The notes below the pieces were generated by a model. The model was not told the origin of the DNA. It did no database searches and worked only from the letters and a program-made list of their open reading frames with translations. DNA of 64,000 nucleotides from an uncultured Candidatus Actinomarina sp. (GTDB taxonomy: Bacteria; Actinomycetota; Acidimicrobiia; Actinomarinales; Actinomarinaceae): the NCBI GenBank assembly GCA_902534495.1, contig CACAQC010000002.1:14517-78516 (forward strand). The letters run 5' to 3'. Both the position numbers and the translations under genes were made by a program. How positions within the stretch are numbered: the first letter of the stretch is position 1; every line of letters begins with the position of its first letter. Below, piece after piece: positions 48,977 to 57,711 of this stretch.

Positions 48977-49615
48977 ATGCAAAATGAGAATAAATTATTT
49001 TATATATTTGGCAAAGGAAAGCTAGCAAAAGACTTCATTGACTTTTTACTAAAGAATATTGATAAAAAAAATATAATTGTTATTCCTGAATTACCAGAAC
49101 CCTCATGGACCGAATCTTTAGTTGAATATTGTAATGAGTTAGGTATCAGACTTACCAGTTTTTCAGATGTAACTATTCGTACCCATGAATCTATTGGAAT
49201 TTCTATATATTTCTCAAAAATTTTTAAACAAGAACTTATTGATAAATTTGAATACTTTGTAAATTTACATAACGGACCATTACCAAGGTATCGGGGAGTA
49301 AATCCAATAAATTGGGCTTTAAAAAATAAGGAGAAACAACATGGAGTTACACTTCATACAATTGAATCTGGTATAGATACTGGAAAAATTCTTGATCAAA
49401 TTATGTTTCCAATTAATGATGATATGGAAGTTATTGATGTCTACAATTTATGTCTGAGCAATGGAATTAAAATATTAGAAAGATCAATCTTTAATTTAGA
49501 CAATATAGAGCCAATTAAACAAGACGATAGTTTTTCAACTTACTATTCCAAAAAAGATTTTGAAAAACTGGGAGATAGAAAATATTTTACGAGAGATACG
49601 TTAGAAGAAACTTAA
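48977..49615 (+). CDS. Sugar N-formyltransferase
   Basis: NLHNGPLPRYRG, GVTLH, GIDTGKI. Confidence 0.8.
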   Translation: MQNENKLFYIFGKGKLAKDFIDFLLKNIDKKNIIVIPELPEPSWTESLVEYCNELGIRLTSFSDVTIRTHESIGISIYFSKIFKQELIDKFEYFVNLHNGPLPRYRGVNPINWALKNKEKQHGVTLHTIESGIDTGKILDQIMFPINDDMEVIDVYNLCLSNGIKILERSIFNLDNIEPIKQDDSFSTYYSKKDFEKLGDRKYFTRDTLEET

Positions 49616-49622
49616 ACTTTAA

Positions 49623-50267
49623 TTATTTTTCATCATCTTTGTATATTTTTAAAATATATTTTGTTCCATCAATTACAAAAAAGGCTGGGTAATTTTCATT
49701 GTCAACAACTCTCAGTAAATTAAATTGAGACTTTAACGATTCATTAATATTAAGTTCAGAATCTTTGGGGTATCTTCTTGGAAAATATGTCGCATCACCA
49801 TTTTGTTCAACCCCCTCTACATTTGGATATTCATTTACATATCTTAAAATTAACTCATATGTTTTTTCTGCCTGAATTTCTCGCAAATCTTGACCAAGCT
49901 CGTTACCCGACAACTGTACATTTTCTTTGTAGTATATTTTTCCATCATCAATTTTTTCATTTGCTTCAAATAAAGTAAAGTAAAGCTCATTTTTGTCATT
50001 AAGAACTTCCCAAGTAATTGGCGCAAACCCTCGTCCTTCAGGAAGATTAGATGGGTGAGGTACAACATTAGATTTATTTTTACTTAGCCCATCTTTAGTT
50101 ACAATTTTGAGAGAGGATATAAAAGCAGCAATGTCTCCTTCCTTAAGTTCATCCTCACTTTTAGCAATATTAACAACGTGTCCTAGCTCAGTTAATTTCT
50201 CGATAAAAATTTTGTTTGTATCCCAAAACCAAGATTTTTTATTATCACACAGCAGATTAATTATCAT
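49623..50267 (-). CDS. Formyltransferase-like protein
   Basis: HPSNLPEGRG, TLFEANEKIDDGKIY, FNLLRVVDNENYPAF. Confidence 0.75.
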   Translation of the reverse strand: MIINLLCDNKKSWFWDTNKIFIEKLTELGHVVNIAKSEDELKEGDIAAFISSLKIVTKDGLSKNKSNVVPHPSNLPEGRGFAPITWEVLNDKNELYFTLFEANEKIDDGKIYYKENVQLSGNELGQDLREIQAEKTYELILRYVNEYPNVEGVEQNGDATYFPRRYPKDSELNINESLKSQFNLLRVVDNENYPAFFVIDGTKYILKIYKDDEK

Positions 50268-50421
50268 ACTTCATTTTATATTATTCATTAGTAATCAGCA
50301 TTAAATAACAAATACACAAGACATTTTAAAAACAAATATTTACGTAATGATAAAATATATTAAAGAAAGGTAAGCTACATCAATTAATCAAATTTAAATT
50401 GAAATAATTAAAGTTTTTAGC

Positions 50422-51525
50422 ATGACAAAAACAGTCCCATTTAACGATTTAACTAGAATTCATAATTCAATTGAAGATAAGATTATGAATAAATTCAGTA
50501 AAATTGTGAAAAAAAATTCATTTGTCTTGAATAAAGAAGTAGAAGAATTTGAAAATATGTTTTCTAAGTTTTCAAATTCAAATTTTACAATAGGTTGTGC
50601 AAACGGTACAGATGCCATTGAATTAATTCTAAGAGGACTAGGAATTGGCGTTGGAGACGAAGTAATAATCCCAACAAATTCATATATTGCGACTGCATAT
50701 GCAGTCTCAAGAACAGGTGCGAAACCTGTATTTGTTGACAATGATGAATTTTATTTGATAAATACAAATGAAGTTAAGAAGAAAATTTCCAAAAAAACAA
50801 AAGCAATTATTGCAGTAAATTTATATGGACAAAAGGCAGACTTAAAAACACTTGCTCAAATCTCAAAACAGAATTCACTTTATTTAATTGAGGACTCAGC
50901 TCAATCACATGGTGCGAGAAATAGTAAGTTTTCTAACAATTATTCAATTGGAGCTGCTTACAGTTTTTATCCTGGAAAAAATTTAGGTGCTTGGGGAGAT
51001 GGAGGTGCAGTTACAACTGATAACAAAAAGCTTTATGAAAAAATGAAGTTAATTAGAAATCAGGGAAGTATAGAAAAATATATACATCCAGAAATAGGAT
51101 TTAATTCTAGACTCCAGCCTCTTCAAGGAGTTGTTTTATCTGAAAAAATTAAAAAATTAGCATCCTGGAACAAATTAAGAAATGAGGTAGCAGATATCTA
51201 TTTTGAGAAATTAAAAAAAATTGATTCAATTGTATTGCCAAAAGTACGAGATGGAAACTCCCATGTTTGGCATCTTTTTGTAATTAGAACTAAAAATCGA
51301 GATAAAATACTCAATGAATTTACAAGTCACAAAGTTGAATTCGGTATCCATTATCCGATACCAATCCACAGACAAAAAGCCTATAAAGATCATAAACAGT
51401 TTAATTCAAAAATTAAAAATGCAGATAATTATGGTGGCCAACTGCTGTCTTTACCAATTTTCCCACATATGAAAAACGATGAAATAAACCGAGTAGTTTC
51501 AGTATTAGAAAAATATCACATCTGA
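50422..51525 (+). CDS. DegT-family aminotransferase (FdtB/WbpE-like)
   Basis: NGTDAI, EDSAQSHG, SFYPGKNLGAWGDGG, GFNSRL. Confidence 0.9.
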   Translation: MTKTVPFNDLTRIHNSIEDKIMNKFSKIVKKNSFVLNKEVEEFENMFSKFSNSNFTIGCANGTDAIELILRGLGIGVGDEVIIPTNSYIATAYAVSRTGAKPVFVDNDEFYLINTNEVKKKISKKTKAIIAVNLYGQKADLKTLAQISKQNSLYLIEDSAQSHGARNSKFSNNYSIGAAYSFYPGKNLGAWGDGGAVTTDNKKLYEKMKLIRNQGSIEKYIHPEIGFNSRLQPLQGVVLSEKIKKLASWNKLRNEVADIYFEKLKKIDSIVLPKVRDGNSHVWHLFVIRTKNRDKILNEFTSHKVEFGIHYPIPIHRQKAYKDHKQFNSKIKNADNYGGQLLSLPIFPHMKNDEINRVVSVLEKYHI

Positions 51526-51530
51526 AAAAG

Positions 51531-52517
51531 TTATTTATTATTAATGTTAGAGATTCTAGTTTCAAAGAATGTCTCTATAGATGACTCGATTATTAGAAAA
51601 TCAAATTCCTCAGCGTTGCTATCAAGGTCAATATCTTCTGACCACCTTTTATATTCCAAATTAAAATAATTAGATAAGTAAGTATTTGGTGCATAGGCTT
51701 CATCAAAAAATGAGTCATGGATAATCAATACATCTTTTTTTACTTTAGGAATAGGCTGAATAATGTATTCACTAGAGTTTGATTCAAATTTAATTAAACC
51801 CAATCTCTCAAGAACATTGTTATTTTCTTGAATAAGTCCAAGTTTGATTAATTTAAAACTTTCATCTGAATTTGTTACTTTTAGAATCTCCATTAGTGCC
51901 AAATTAAGTCCAAAATTATTCCAATGAGTATCACCAAATTCAAAATAGCTTTCATTTCCTTTGTAAAGTTCATATAAATTAATTGAGTTTAAATCGGGAT
52001 TCCTATTAATGAATTGGTCATAACTTTTGGTAAATTCTTTACATAAAAAATTATTTTGGAAATAGTTAAGGTATTGAGAATCTATCTCTTGCTTAAGTGG
52101 AATTAAGAGAAAAATTATTTTATTTAGATATTCGATCTCAAAATTTAGTTCAACATCATTATTAAACGACTGGCAAGATTTTATTTTTGGGAACAAGTTT
52201 CCATTTTTACCAAAAAAGACTTCAGTATCGAAAAACTGAGAATCAAAAACAGATTTATCCTGCAAATACCAGCTAAAATCAGCTACATAACTTAGAGTCG
52301 AATTTCTAATTTGAGATTTAAAAATATATGTTTCGATCTTATTTTTGAGCTCTATTCGATTTGTTGAAAATATTAAATTTAGCAAGCTTCTTTCTTCACC
52401 TAGACTATTAACGGTATTTACATAGCTAAAGACATTTTCAGCTGGAAGAAAAATTCCTGAAACAGAAACAAGTAATAAAATTAATATTATAAAAATTGTA
52501 AATACTTTCTCCCTCAT
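51531..52517 (-). CDS. AlgJ/AlgX-like O-acetyltransferase
   Basis: GKNGNLF, IPLK, GDTHWN, HDSF; downstream of the MBOAT gene. Confidence 0.7.
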   Translation of the reverse strand: MREKVFTIFIILILLLVSVSGIFLPAENVFSYVNTVNSLGEERSLLNLIFSTNRIELKNKIETYIFKSQIRNSTLSYVADFSWYLQDKSVFDSQFFDTEVFFGKNGNLFPKIKSCQSFNNDVELNFEIEYLNKIIFLLIPLKQEIDSQYLNYFQNNFLCKEFTKSYDQFINRNPDLNSINLYELYKGNESYFEFGDTHWNNFGLNLALMEILKVTNSDESFKLIKLGLIQENNNVLERLGLIKFESNSSEYIIQPIPKVKKDVLIIHDSFFDEAYAPNTYLSNYFNLEYKRWSEDIDLDSNAEEFDFLIIESSIETFFETRISNINNK

Positions 52518-52518
52518 G

Positions 52519-53844
52519 CTAAAACCTGAAATATATAAATGGATCTACAGAGGATGCTATAACTAAAACAAGCGAAAAGATAAACATAGAAATCGTAAGA
52601 AACCGATTTTCAAATAATTTTTTTGATACCTTGATGTTCAATAATGATGCAATACACATCGAGGCAACAATTAAAAATTTTAAATTGAAGTACTGCACGG
52701 CAATTGGTAGGAAATCATCATTTACTAAATCATAAGTAAATATCGAAGAAATTATATCAATAGTATCTTGAGAGCTTTTAGAAAAAAATGGAACCCAAGT
52801 AATGGAAATCAAAATAAAAGTAAGAATTCTATTTGAAAATAACTTTTTGTAATTTAATAGTTTTTCAGTTGTCAAAAATAAACCGTGTAAGAATCCCCAT
52901 AATAAAAAATTTACAGTTGCTCCATGCCAAAGTGCTGTCAAGAAAAAAGTAATCCATAAATTTCTGAAATTTTTATATTTTGATACCCTATTTCCTCCTA
53001 AAGGAATATAAACATATACTTTAAAAAAATTAGAGAGAGTCATGTGCCAACGTTGCCAAAACTCTCTAAAAGATTTTGAAAGATATGGTCTATTAAAATT
53101 CTCAGGTAGATTGAACCCAAAAAGTAGCCCAATTCCAATTGCTATGTCACAATATGCTGAAAAATCAAAATATATTTGAAATGTATAACTCAGAACCAAT
53201 ATAGCTGATGATGCAAAAGAAAATGTAAAGACGTGATTACTATTTATGTATATCGAAGTAATCTGTGCAAGCGTATCAGCAATCAAAAACTTTTTGATTA
53301 AGCCCAACGAAATTCTATACAGACCTGTTTGTAGAGACTCTATATTTACTACTTTTGAATTAAGACCATTTCTAAATGTGGTTATATCAACAATTGGCCC
53401 AGCTAATAACTGTGGAAAAAAAGTTAGGAATGTAAAAATCTCAAACCCATTCTCAGAGTTTTCAACTCTTCTTTTGTCAAAATAGTATGCAATGGATTGA
53501 AAGGTAAAAAAAGAAAGACCAATAGGAAAGTTTTCAACTATATAGGATGGGGTCTCAATACTAATAAAATTAAAAACAACAAAGGAATATTTAAAGATAA
53601 TTAAGGGCGTCAATAATAATGCTACAAATAATGGGTTATTGAAAACATTTTTTTCAATCTGTAATTTTAGTAATCCTGCTAGGAATAAAAGAATAATCAA
53701 TAAATACCCATTGTCTAAGTAATAAAAATATGCACTTAAAACACCCAAGTAAAACGTTTTTGTTGTTTTGCTTACACTAAATAAATTTATTAATAATGAG
53801 AAAGGTAAAAAAAGAAAAAGAAAAGAGTTGGAAGTTAACAGCAT
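52519..53844 (-). CDS. MBOAT O-acyltransferase (AlgI-like)
   Basis: PIGLSFFTFQ, FFPQLLAGPI, QIYFDFSAY, ENFNRPY, FWQRWHMTL, LWHGA, C-terminal FIYFRF; start reassigned to ATG 53844. Confidence 0.92.
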   Translation of the reverse strand: MLLTSNSFLFLFLPFSLLINLFSVSKTTKTFYLGVLSAYFYYLDNGYLLIILLFLAGLLKLQIEKNVFNNPLFVALLLTPLIIFKYSFVVFNFISIETPSYIVENFPIGLSFFTFQSIAYYFDKRRVENSENGFEIFTFLTFFPQLLAGPIVDITTFRNGLNSKVVNIESLQTGLYRISLGLIKKFLIADTLAQITSIYINSNHVFTFSFASSAILVLSYTFQIYFDFSAYCDIAIGIGLLFGFNLPENFNRPYLSKSFREFWQRWHMTLSNFFKVYVYIPLGGNRVSKYKNFRNLWITFFLTALWHGATVNFLLWGFLHGLFLTTEKLLNYKKLFSNRILTFILISITWVPFFSKSSQDTIDIISSIFTYDLVNDDFLPIAVQYFNLKFLIVASMCIASLLNIKVSKKLFENRFLTISMFIFSLVLVIASSVDPFIYFRF

Positions 53845-53911
53845 ATAAGATTTTAAACATATACACTTTTTAAGATTTGAATTTATTAAATTTTGAACTT
53901 GAGAGATAAAT

Positions 53912-54019
53912 TTATTTTTTAATTGCCACCATAAGAATAAAAACAAATGAAGTTAAACCAATTGATGAAAGAATAAGAAGCTCAATAATAGATTTGTTTG
54001 CAATTAAATAATCAATCAT
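53912..54019 (-). CDS. Possible 35-aa single-TM peptide
   Basis: MIDYLIANKSIIELLILSSIGLTSFVFILMVAIKK; TAAAAT 6 nt upstream of ATG. Confidence 0.35.
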   Translation of the reverse strand: MIDYLIANKSIIELLILSSIGLTSFVFILMVAIKK

Positions 54020-54124
54020 TAAATAATTTTACTATTCGGAGAATAAATCAGCTATTAGTGATCCCTAAAATATTTCCTGTTTTTATTTGTGTGTTAGTGA
54101 ATTAGAAATAAGTCTATGTTTATT

Positions 54125-54168
54125 GTGGCCAGAGGCAGAATCGAACTGCCGACCCCTTGTTTTTCAGA
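54125..54168 (-). repeat. 44-bp duplicate of the tRNA-Phe 3' half (att site)
   Basis: Identical to 54982-55025. Confidence 0.92.
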
Positions 54169-54326
54169 TAGAGGCAAACCATTTGTCCTTTCATCATTTT
54201 ACATTAATCATCATTAATATTCGCTCATTTATAAGAGGCTCTAAAATGCAATGAGCAGTAAATAACGAAGACTTCTTTTGTGAGTGTGTCGCACTTTTGT
54301 AGCAGTTTTATGTTTAATATATTTAT

Positions 54327-54911
54327 ATGGCTTTTGTTGAAGATGGAAAAAAATGTATTTTTTCTAAATGGCAACAAACTGAAAATTTTTCATTTTTGTT
54401 AACACTATCAAAAATACTTCTCAATCTTGAATTTTACTCAAGGGTCTATTTTTGGGAAGAAGTGTTTTCTGAAACTGCCTATAAATATTCTAAAAAATAC
54501 ATTGACCTGGTTGATGTTCAAAAACTAAATACAATACAAGAAATTAAATATGATGAATATTTATTTAAAGTACATTTTTTAGATAATTATTTTTTTCTTA
54601 ATAAATATTTTAGTAAAAGTTATGAAAATATATTTAAAAAATACTCAAATGAAGATGTTAAATTAGAAATTGCAGGCGATATTGACGAAAAATTAATGTA
54701 TATGCAATATCACTTAGATGCCCTAATTATTAACTACTCACATCTATGTATTAATGATGTTTTTGCCAATCTAGGACACGAACCTGATATTCGTCTCTAT
54801 CCAGAACTAATTTCACAAGATGAAGCAAATTGGTTAAAAAAAAGATCAACTTCTGAACATAAATCAATGAATATATCACCAAAAATTAGAAAGTCTGACC
54901 CTAAACCATAA
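54327..54911 (+). CDS. Hypothetical (orphan) cargo protein
   Basis: 194-aa ORF inside the islet. Confidence 0.6.
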   Translation: MAFVEDGKKCIFSKWQQTENFSFLLTLSKILLNLEFYSRVYFWEEVFSETAYKYSKKYIDLVDVQKLNTIQEIKYDEYLFKVHFLDNYFFLNKYFSKSYENIFKKYSNEDVKLEIAGDIDEKLMYMQYHLDALIINYSHLCINDVFANLGHEPDIRLYPELISQDEANWLKKRSTSEHKSMNISPKIRKSDPKP

Positions 54912-54979
54912 AGTTGTCGCAATTCTTGTCGCAGTTTTAATTTATTAGAAAGCTAGTAAGAAAAAATCTTTATAGCTAT

Positions 54980-55055
54980 TGGTGGCCAGAGGCAGAATCG
55001 AACTGCCGACCCCTTGTTTTTCAGACAAGTGCTCTACCGACTGAGCTATCTGGCC
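54980..55055 (-). tRNA. tRNA-Phe (GAA)
   Basis: GGCCAGATAGCTCAG...CTTGT-CTGAAAA-ACAAG...TTCGATT...GGCCACCA. Confidence 0.97.
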
Positions 55056-55058
55056 AAA

Positions 55059-55136
55059 TGGCGGGGACGACGGGATTCGAACCCGCGACCTCCTGCGTGA
55101 CAGGCAGGCGTGAACTCCAGACTTCACCACGCCCCC
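55059..55136 (-). tRNA. tRNA-Asp (GTC)
   Basis: CCTGC-CTGTCAC-GCAGG anticodon arm, GGTTCGAATCC, CCA end. Confidence 0.96.
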
Positions 55137-55186
55137 AACTCTTTAATAAAGAATACTACATAAGCTAACTAAAAAAAATTGATTTG

Positions 55187-55259
55187 TGGGTCGGGTGGGA
55201 ATCGAACCCACGACCTTGAGCTTAAAAGGCTCCTGCTCTGCCGATTGAGCTACCGACCC
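55187..55259 (-). tRNA. tRNA-Lys (TTT)
   Basis: GGGTCGGTAGCTCAA...GAGC-CTTTTAA-GCTC...GGTTCGATTCC; CCA not encoded. Confidence 0.94.
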
Positions 55260-55311
55260 TATATTACATCTAATAAATAATACCCTAAATTACAAATAAT
55301 CCTTTATAAAG

Positions 55312-55629
55312 TTATTCTTCTTCAGAAGATTGATTATTTACTAAATTTGAGATTTTAGTTTTGGTATCATCAACAATTTCAATGAGTTCTTCACTTATTT
55401 TATTTAATACCTCTTTTGATTCTGATTTGATTTCTTCGTCTTTTACTGTCTCATCTATAGCCTTGATAAGACTTTTTATAGTTTCAATACTTGTATCCAC
55501 AGTCTGTTTAAATGAATCTTTTAAATCATCTACTAGGTTATCTTGAGAAATTTTTTCTTTAATTTTTTTCGTAACCTCAGATATATCATCAGATATATCA
55601 TTCCAAGAATTACTTTCTGAGTTATTCAC
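55312..55629 (-). CDS. Hypothetical coiled-coil protein
   Basis: Amphipathic, acidic 105-aa ORF. Confidence 0.6.
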   Translation of the reverse strand: MNNSESNSWNDISDDISEVTKKIKEKISQDNLVDDLKDSFKQTVDTSIETIKSLIKAIDETVKDEEIKSESKEVLNKISEELIEIVDDTKTKISNLVNNQSSEEE

Positions 55630-55649
55630 AACTTAATAATATATAAAGC

Positions 55650-56492
55650 CTAAAACTTTGCTTTATCTTTAAATAATAAATTAGGCTTTGATTTTAGTCG
55701 TTGTTTAGCCCAACGTGCTGGTGGAATTAATCTAAAGAACGGGGGAAGGAAAGGTCGTGTAAATTTTAAAAAATTTAGATTAAATTTTAAAATTACATCT
55801 TTAATTTTTGATTCGTTTACTCCATAAAGTTCCTTAAACTCTTTTGGCAACGTATTAAACGCAGTAAAAGATATGAACGGCCAAATTGGTTTTATATGTC
55901 TTGGAACGGGACCTCCAGCGATGATTTCTTGCACATCTTTCGCAACGTCTGTATAAATTAAATAATTTTCAGTTTTTGATTTATTTACAACCCACTCTTT
56001 TAATTCTTTGTGAGTTTGTGGCATTTCATCGATATCTATCAACACAAGACCTGCCGCAACCATATTTTCTTTGTGATACTTGTTTTTTTCTTCAACTGAT
56101 AGTTTTTTTACTGTTTTCTCATAAAAATAAATTGATGATATTTGTAAACAAGCGTGAACCCAAAGAAGTTGTTCATGATCTAAAGCATCATATACATCTC
56201 CGGTAACTTCGTCATTGCCTTTAATTACTTCATGAAGTTTATTTATCCTATGGGCACTTTCGTCAGCCTCATTTTTGGATCCAAATGTTACAGAGTTTTG
56301 TAATGAAAGCGTTCTAATCAATCTTTTCCAAGGGTCTCGTTGATAGAATGAAGTCTGTCTTGCTCCAGCAGCAATGAGTGGATGCGCGGCATGCATTAAA
56401 AGTGCTCTCGCACCGCCAAATAAAACTGTAATTTCTTTATTGACTTTCCACATCATGGAATCAGGGCCAAAGTATCCGGGATCTGCTTTCAT
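55650..56492 (-). CDS. MpaB/Lcp-like oxygenase family protein (DUF2236)
   Basis: GYFGPDSMMWKV, GGARALLMHAAHP, INKLHEVIKG, LLWVHA. Confidence 0.8.
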   Translation of the reverse strand: MKADPGYFGPDSMMWKVNKEITVLFGGARALLMHAAHPLIAAGARQTSFYQRDPWKRLIRTLSLQNSVTFGSKNEADESAHRINKLHEVIKGNDEVTGDVYDALDHEQLLWVHACLQISSIYFYEKTVKKLSVEEKNKYHKENMVAAGLVLIDIDEMPQTHKELKEWVVNKSKTENYLIYTDVAKDVQEIIAGGPVPRHIKPIWPFISFTAFNTLPKEFKELYGVNESKIKDVILKFNLNFLKFTRPFLPPFFRLIPPARWAKQRLKSKPNLLFKDKAKF

Positions 56493-56538
56493 CTTTATAA
56501 ATTTTAGGTCTTTTATCAGGTAATATTGAATAAGAAAT

Positions 56539-57672
56539 ATGAAAATTACATATATAACGTATCAAGGCATACCAAGCACCAACACCTACGCTCATGGAAT
56601 TTGGACTTTCTCAATAATAAAGCACCTAGTCAAAAAGAATTACGAGGTAGATCTTGTTTTTCCACTTCGTGAAAAAAATTCTACGTCTGATGTTTCAAAA
56701 CTTCAAGATTATTACGAAATGAATTTAGATTTTGAAGTCAATCCTACAAAGCATTACTTACCATTTGGAAGAATTAATATTTTTACAAAATACATGTATA
56801 TTTTTAGCCACATTTTGTGGGCTTATTATGTAACTAGAAAATATAAAAATCAACATACAAATATAATTTTTACTCTCTCTGATTGGGTTTTTTATTTTTT
56901 GTCTAAAAAGAATGTAAGAGTAATTTATGAATGTCACAATGTTACTAATATAAGAAAAAAACTTGTCACAAAATCATTAGAGTCTATTAATTCAAAAATT
57001 ATTTGTATCAACAAATATATCAAGGAAGATTTAAATCTTAAAGACGGAGTTAATATTACTGTGCTTGAAAGCGGATTTGATCAAGATTTATTTTATGACA
57101 GCTCATCTAAACATGACAAAATAAAAATAGTCTATTCCGGAAATTTACAAAGATTCGGAAAAAGCAGAGGGGTAGTAGAGATTATTGAATACTTTCTGGA
57201 ATCAAAATATAGTAAAAGTTCAGAGTTGCATATTTTTGGTGGCCCAGATGATATTGCAAGTAATTTAAATAGTCAGTTTAAATCAGAGAATGTACATATT
57301 CATGGTCATGTCAAAAGGACTGAATTAGCAGCAGTCCTGAGTGAGGCACAGATTGGAATTTTAACAAATGATGACAGCATTCACTCGCAGAGACATACTT
57401 CACCGATGAAATATTATGAATATCTAGGATCTGGTATGAATGTAATTGCTACCAATTCACTTGCTCATAAAGACCTCCCCATTCAGAATGCAATTAATTA
57501 TTTTGACCTAAATGATAAAGAAAGTTTTTTTGATGCGCTTGATAATGCAATAAAAAATTATGATGATGAAAAAGTAATTGATGTTTCAAGATTAACAATG
57601 GATTACAGAATGAATAAATTTATTGATTTTGTTAATGCGCGTCCGGAAGGACTCGAACCCTCAACCCCCTGA
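56539..57672 (+). CDS. Glycosyltransferase family 4
   Basis: YSGNL..FGKSRGV, TSPMKYYEYLGSG; C-terminus runs antisense into tRNA-Arg. Confidence 0.85.
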   Translation: MKITYITYQGIPSTNTYAHGIWTFSIIKHLVKKNYEVDLVFPLREKNSTSDVSKLQDYYEMNLDFEVNPTKHYLPFGRINIFTKYMYIFSHILWAYYVTRKYKNQHTNIIFTLSDWVFYFLSKKNVRVIYECHNVTNIRKKLVTKSLESINSKIICINKYIKEDLNLKDGVNITVLESGFDQDLFYDSSSKHDKIKIVYSGNLQRFGKSRGVVEIIEYFLESKYSKSSELHIFGGPDDIASNLNSQFKSENVHIHGHVKRTELAAVLSEAQIGILTNDDSIHSQRHTSPMKYYEYLGSGMNVIATNSLAHKDLPIQNAINYFDLNDKESFFDALDNAIKNYDDEKVIDVSRLTMDYRMNKFIDFVNARPEGLEPSTP

Positions 57673-57711
57673 TCCGAAGTCAGGTGCTCTATCCAGTTGA
57701 GCTACGGACGC
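57638..57711 (-). tRNA. tRNA-Arg (TCG)
   Basis: GCGTCCGTAGCTCAACTGGATAGAGCA-CCTGA-CTTCGGA-TCAGG...GGTTCGAGTCC...CGGACGCG. Confidence 0.95.

Larger units (their letters stand above)
54125..55025. mobile_element. Integrase-less islet inserted at tRNA-Phe
   Basis: Flanked by the 44-bp direct repeat; paired TGT(C/A)GCA repeats near both ends; one cargo ORF. Confidence 0.7.

Noticed and set aside
53845..53946. N-terminal extension of the MBOAT gene
   Set aside because: AlgI-like proteins start at the MLLTSNSFLFLFLP-type sequence, which has a -10 just upstream
54125..54168. Second tRNA-Phe gene
   Set aside because: Only the 3' half is present; it is an att duplication
54945..55130. 61-aa ORF
   Set aside because: It is a translation of tRNA-Asp and tRNA-Phe
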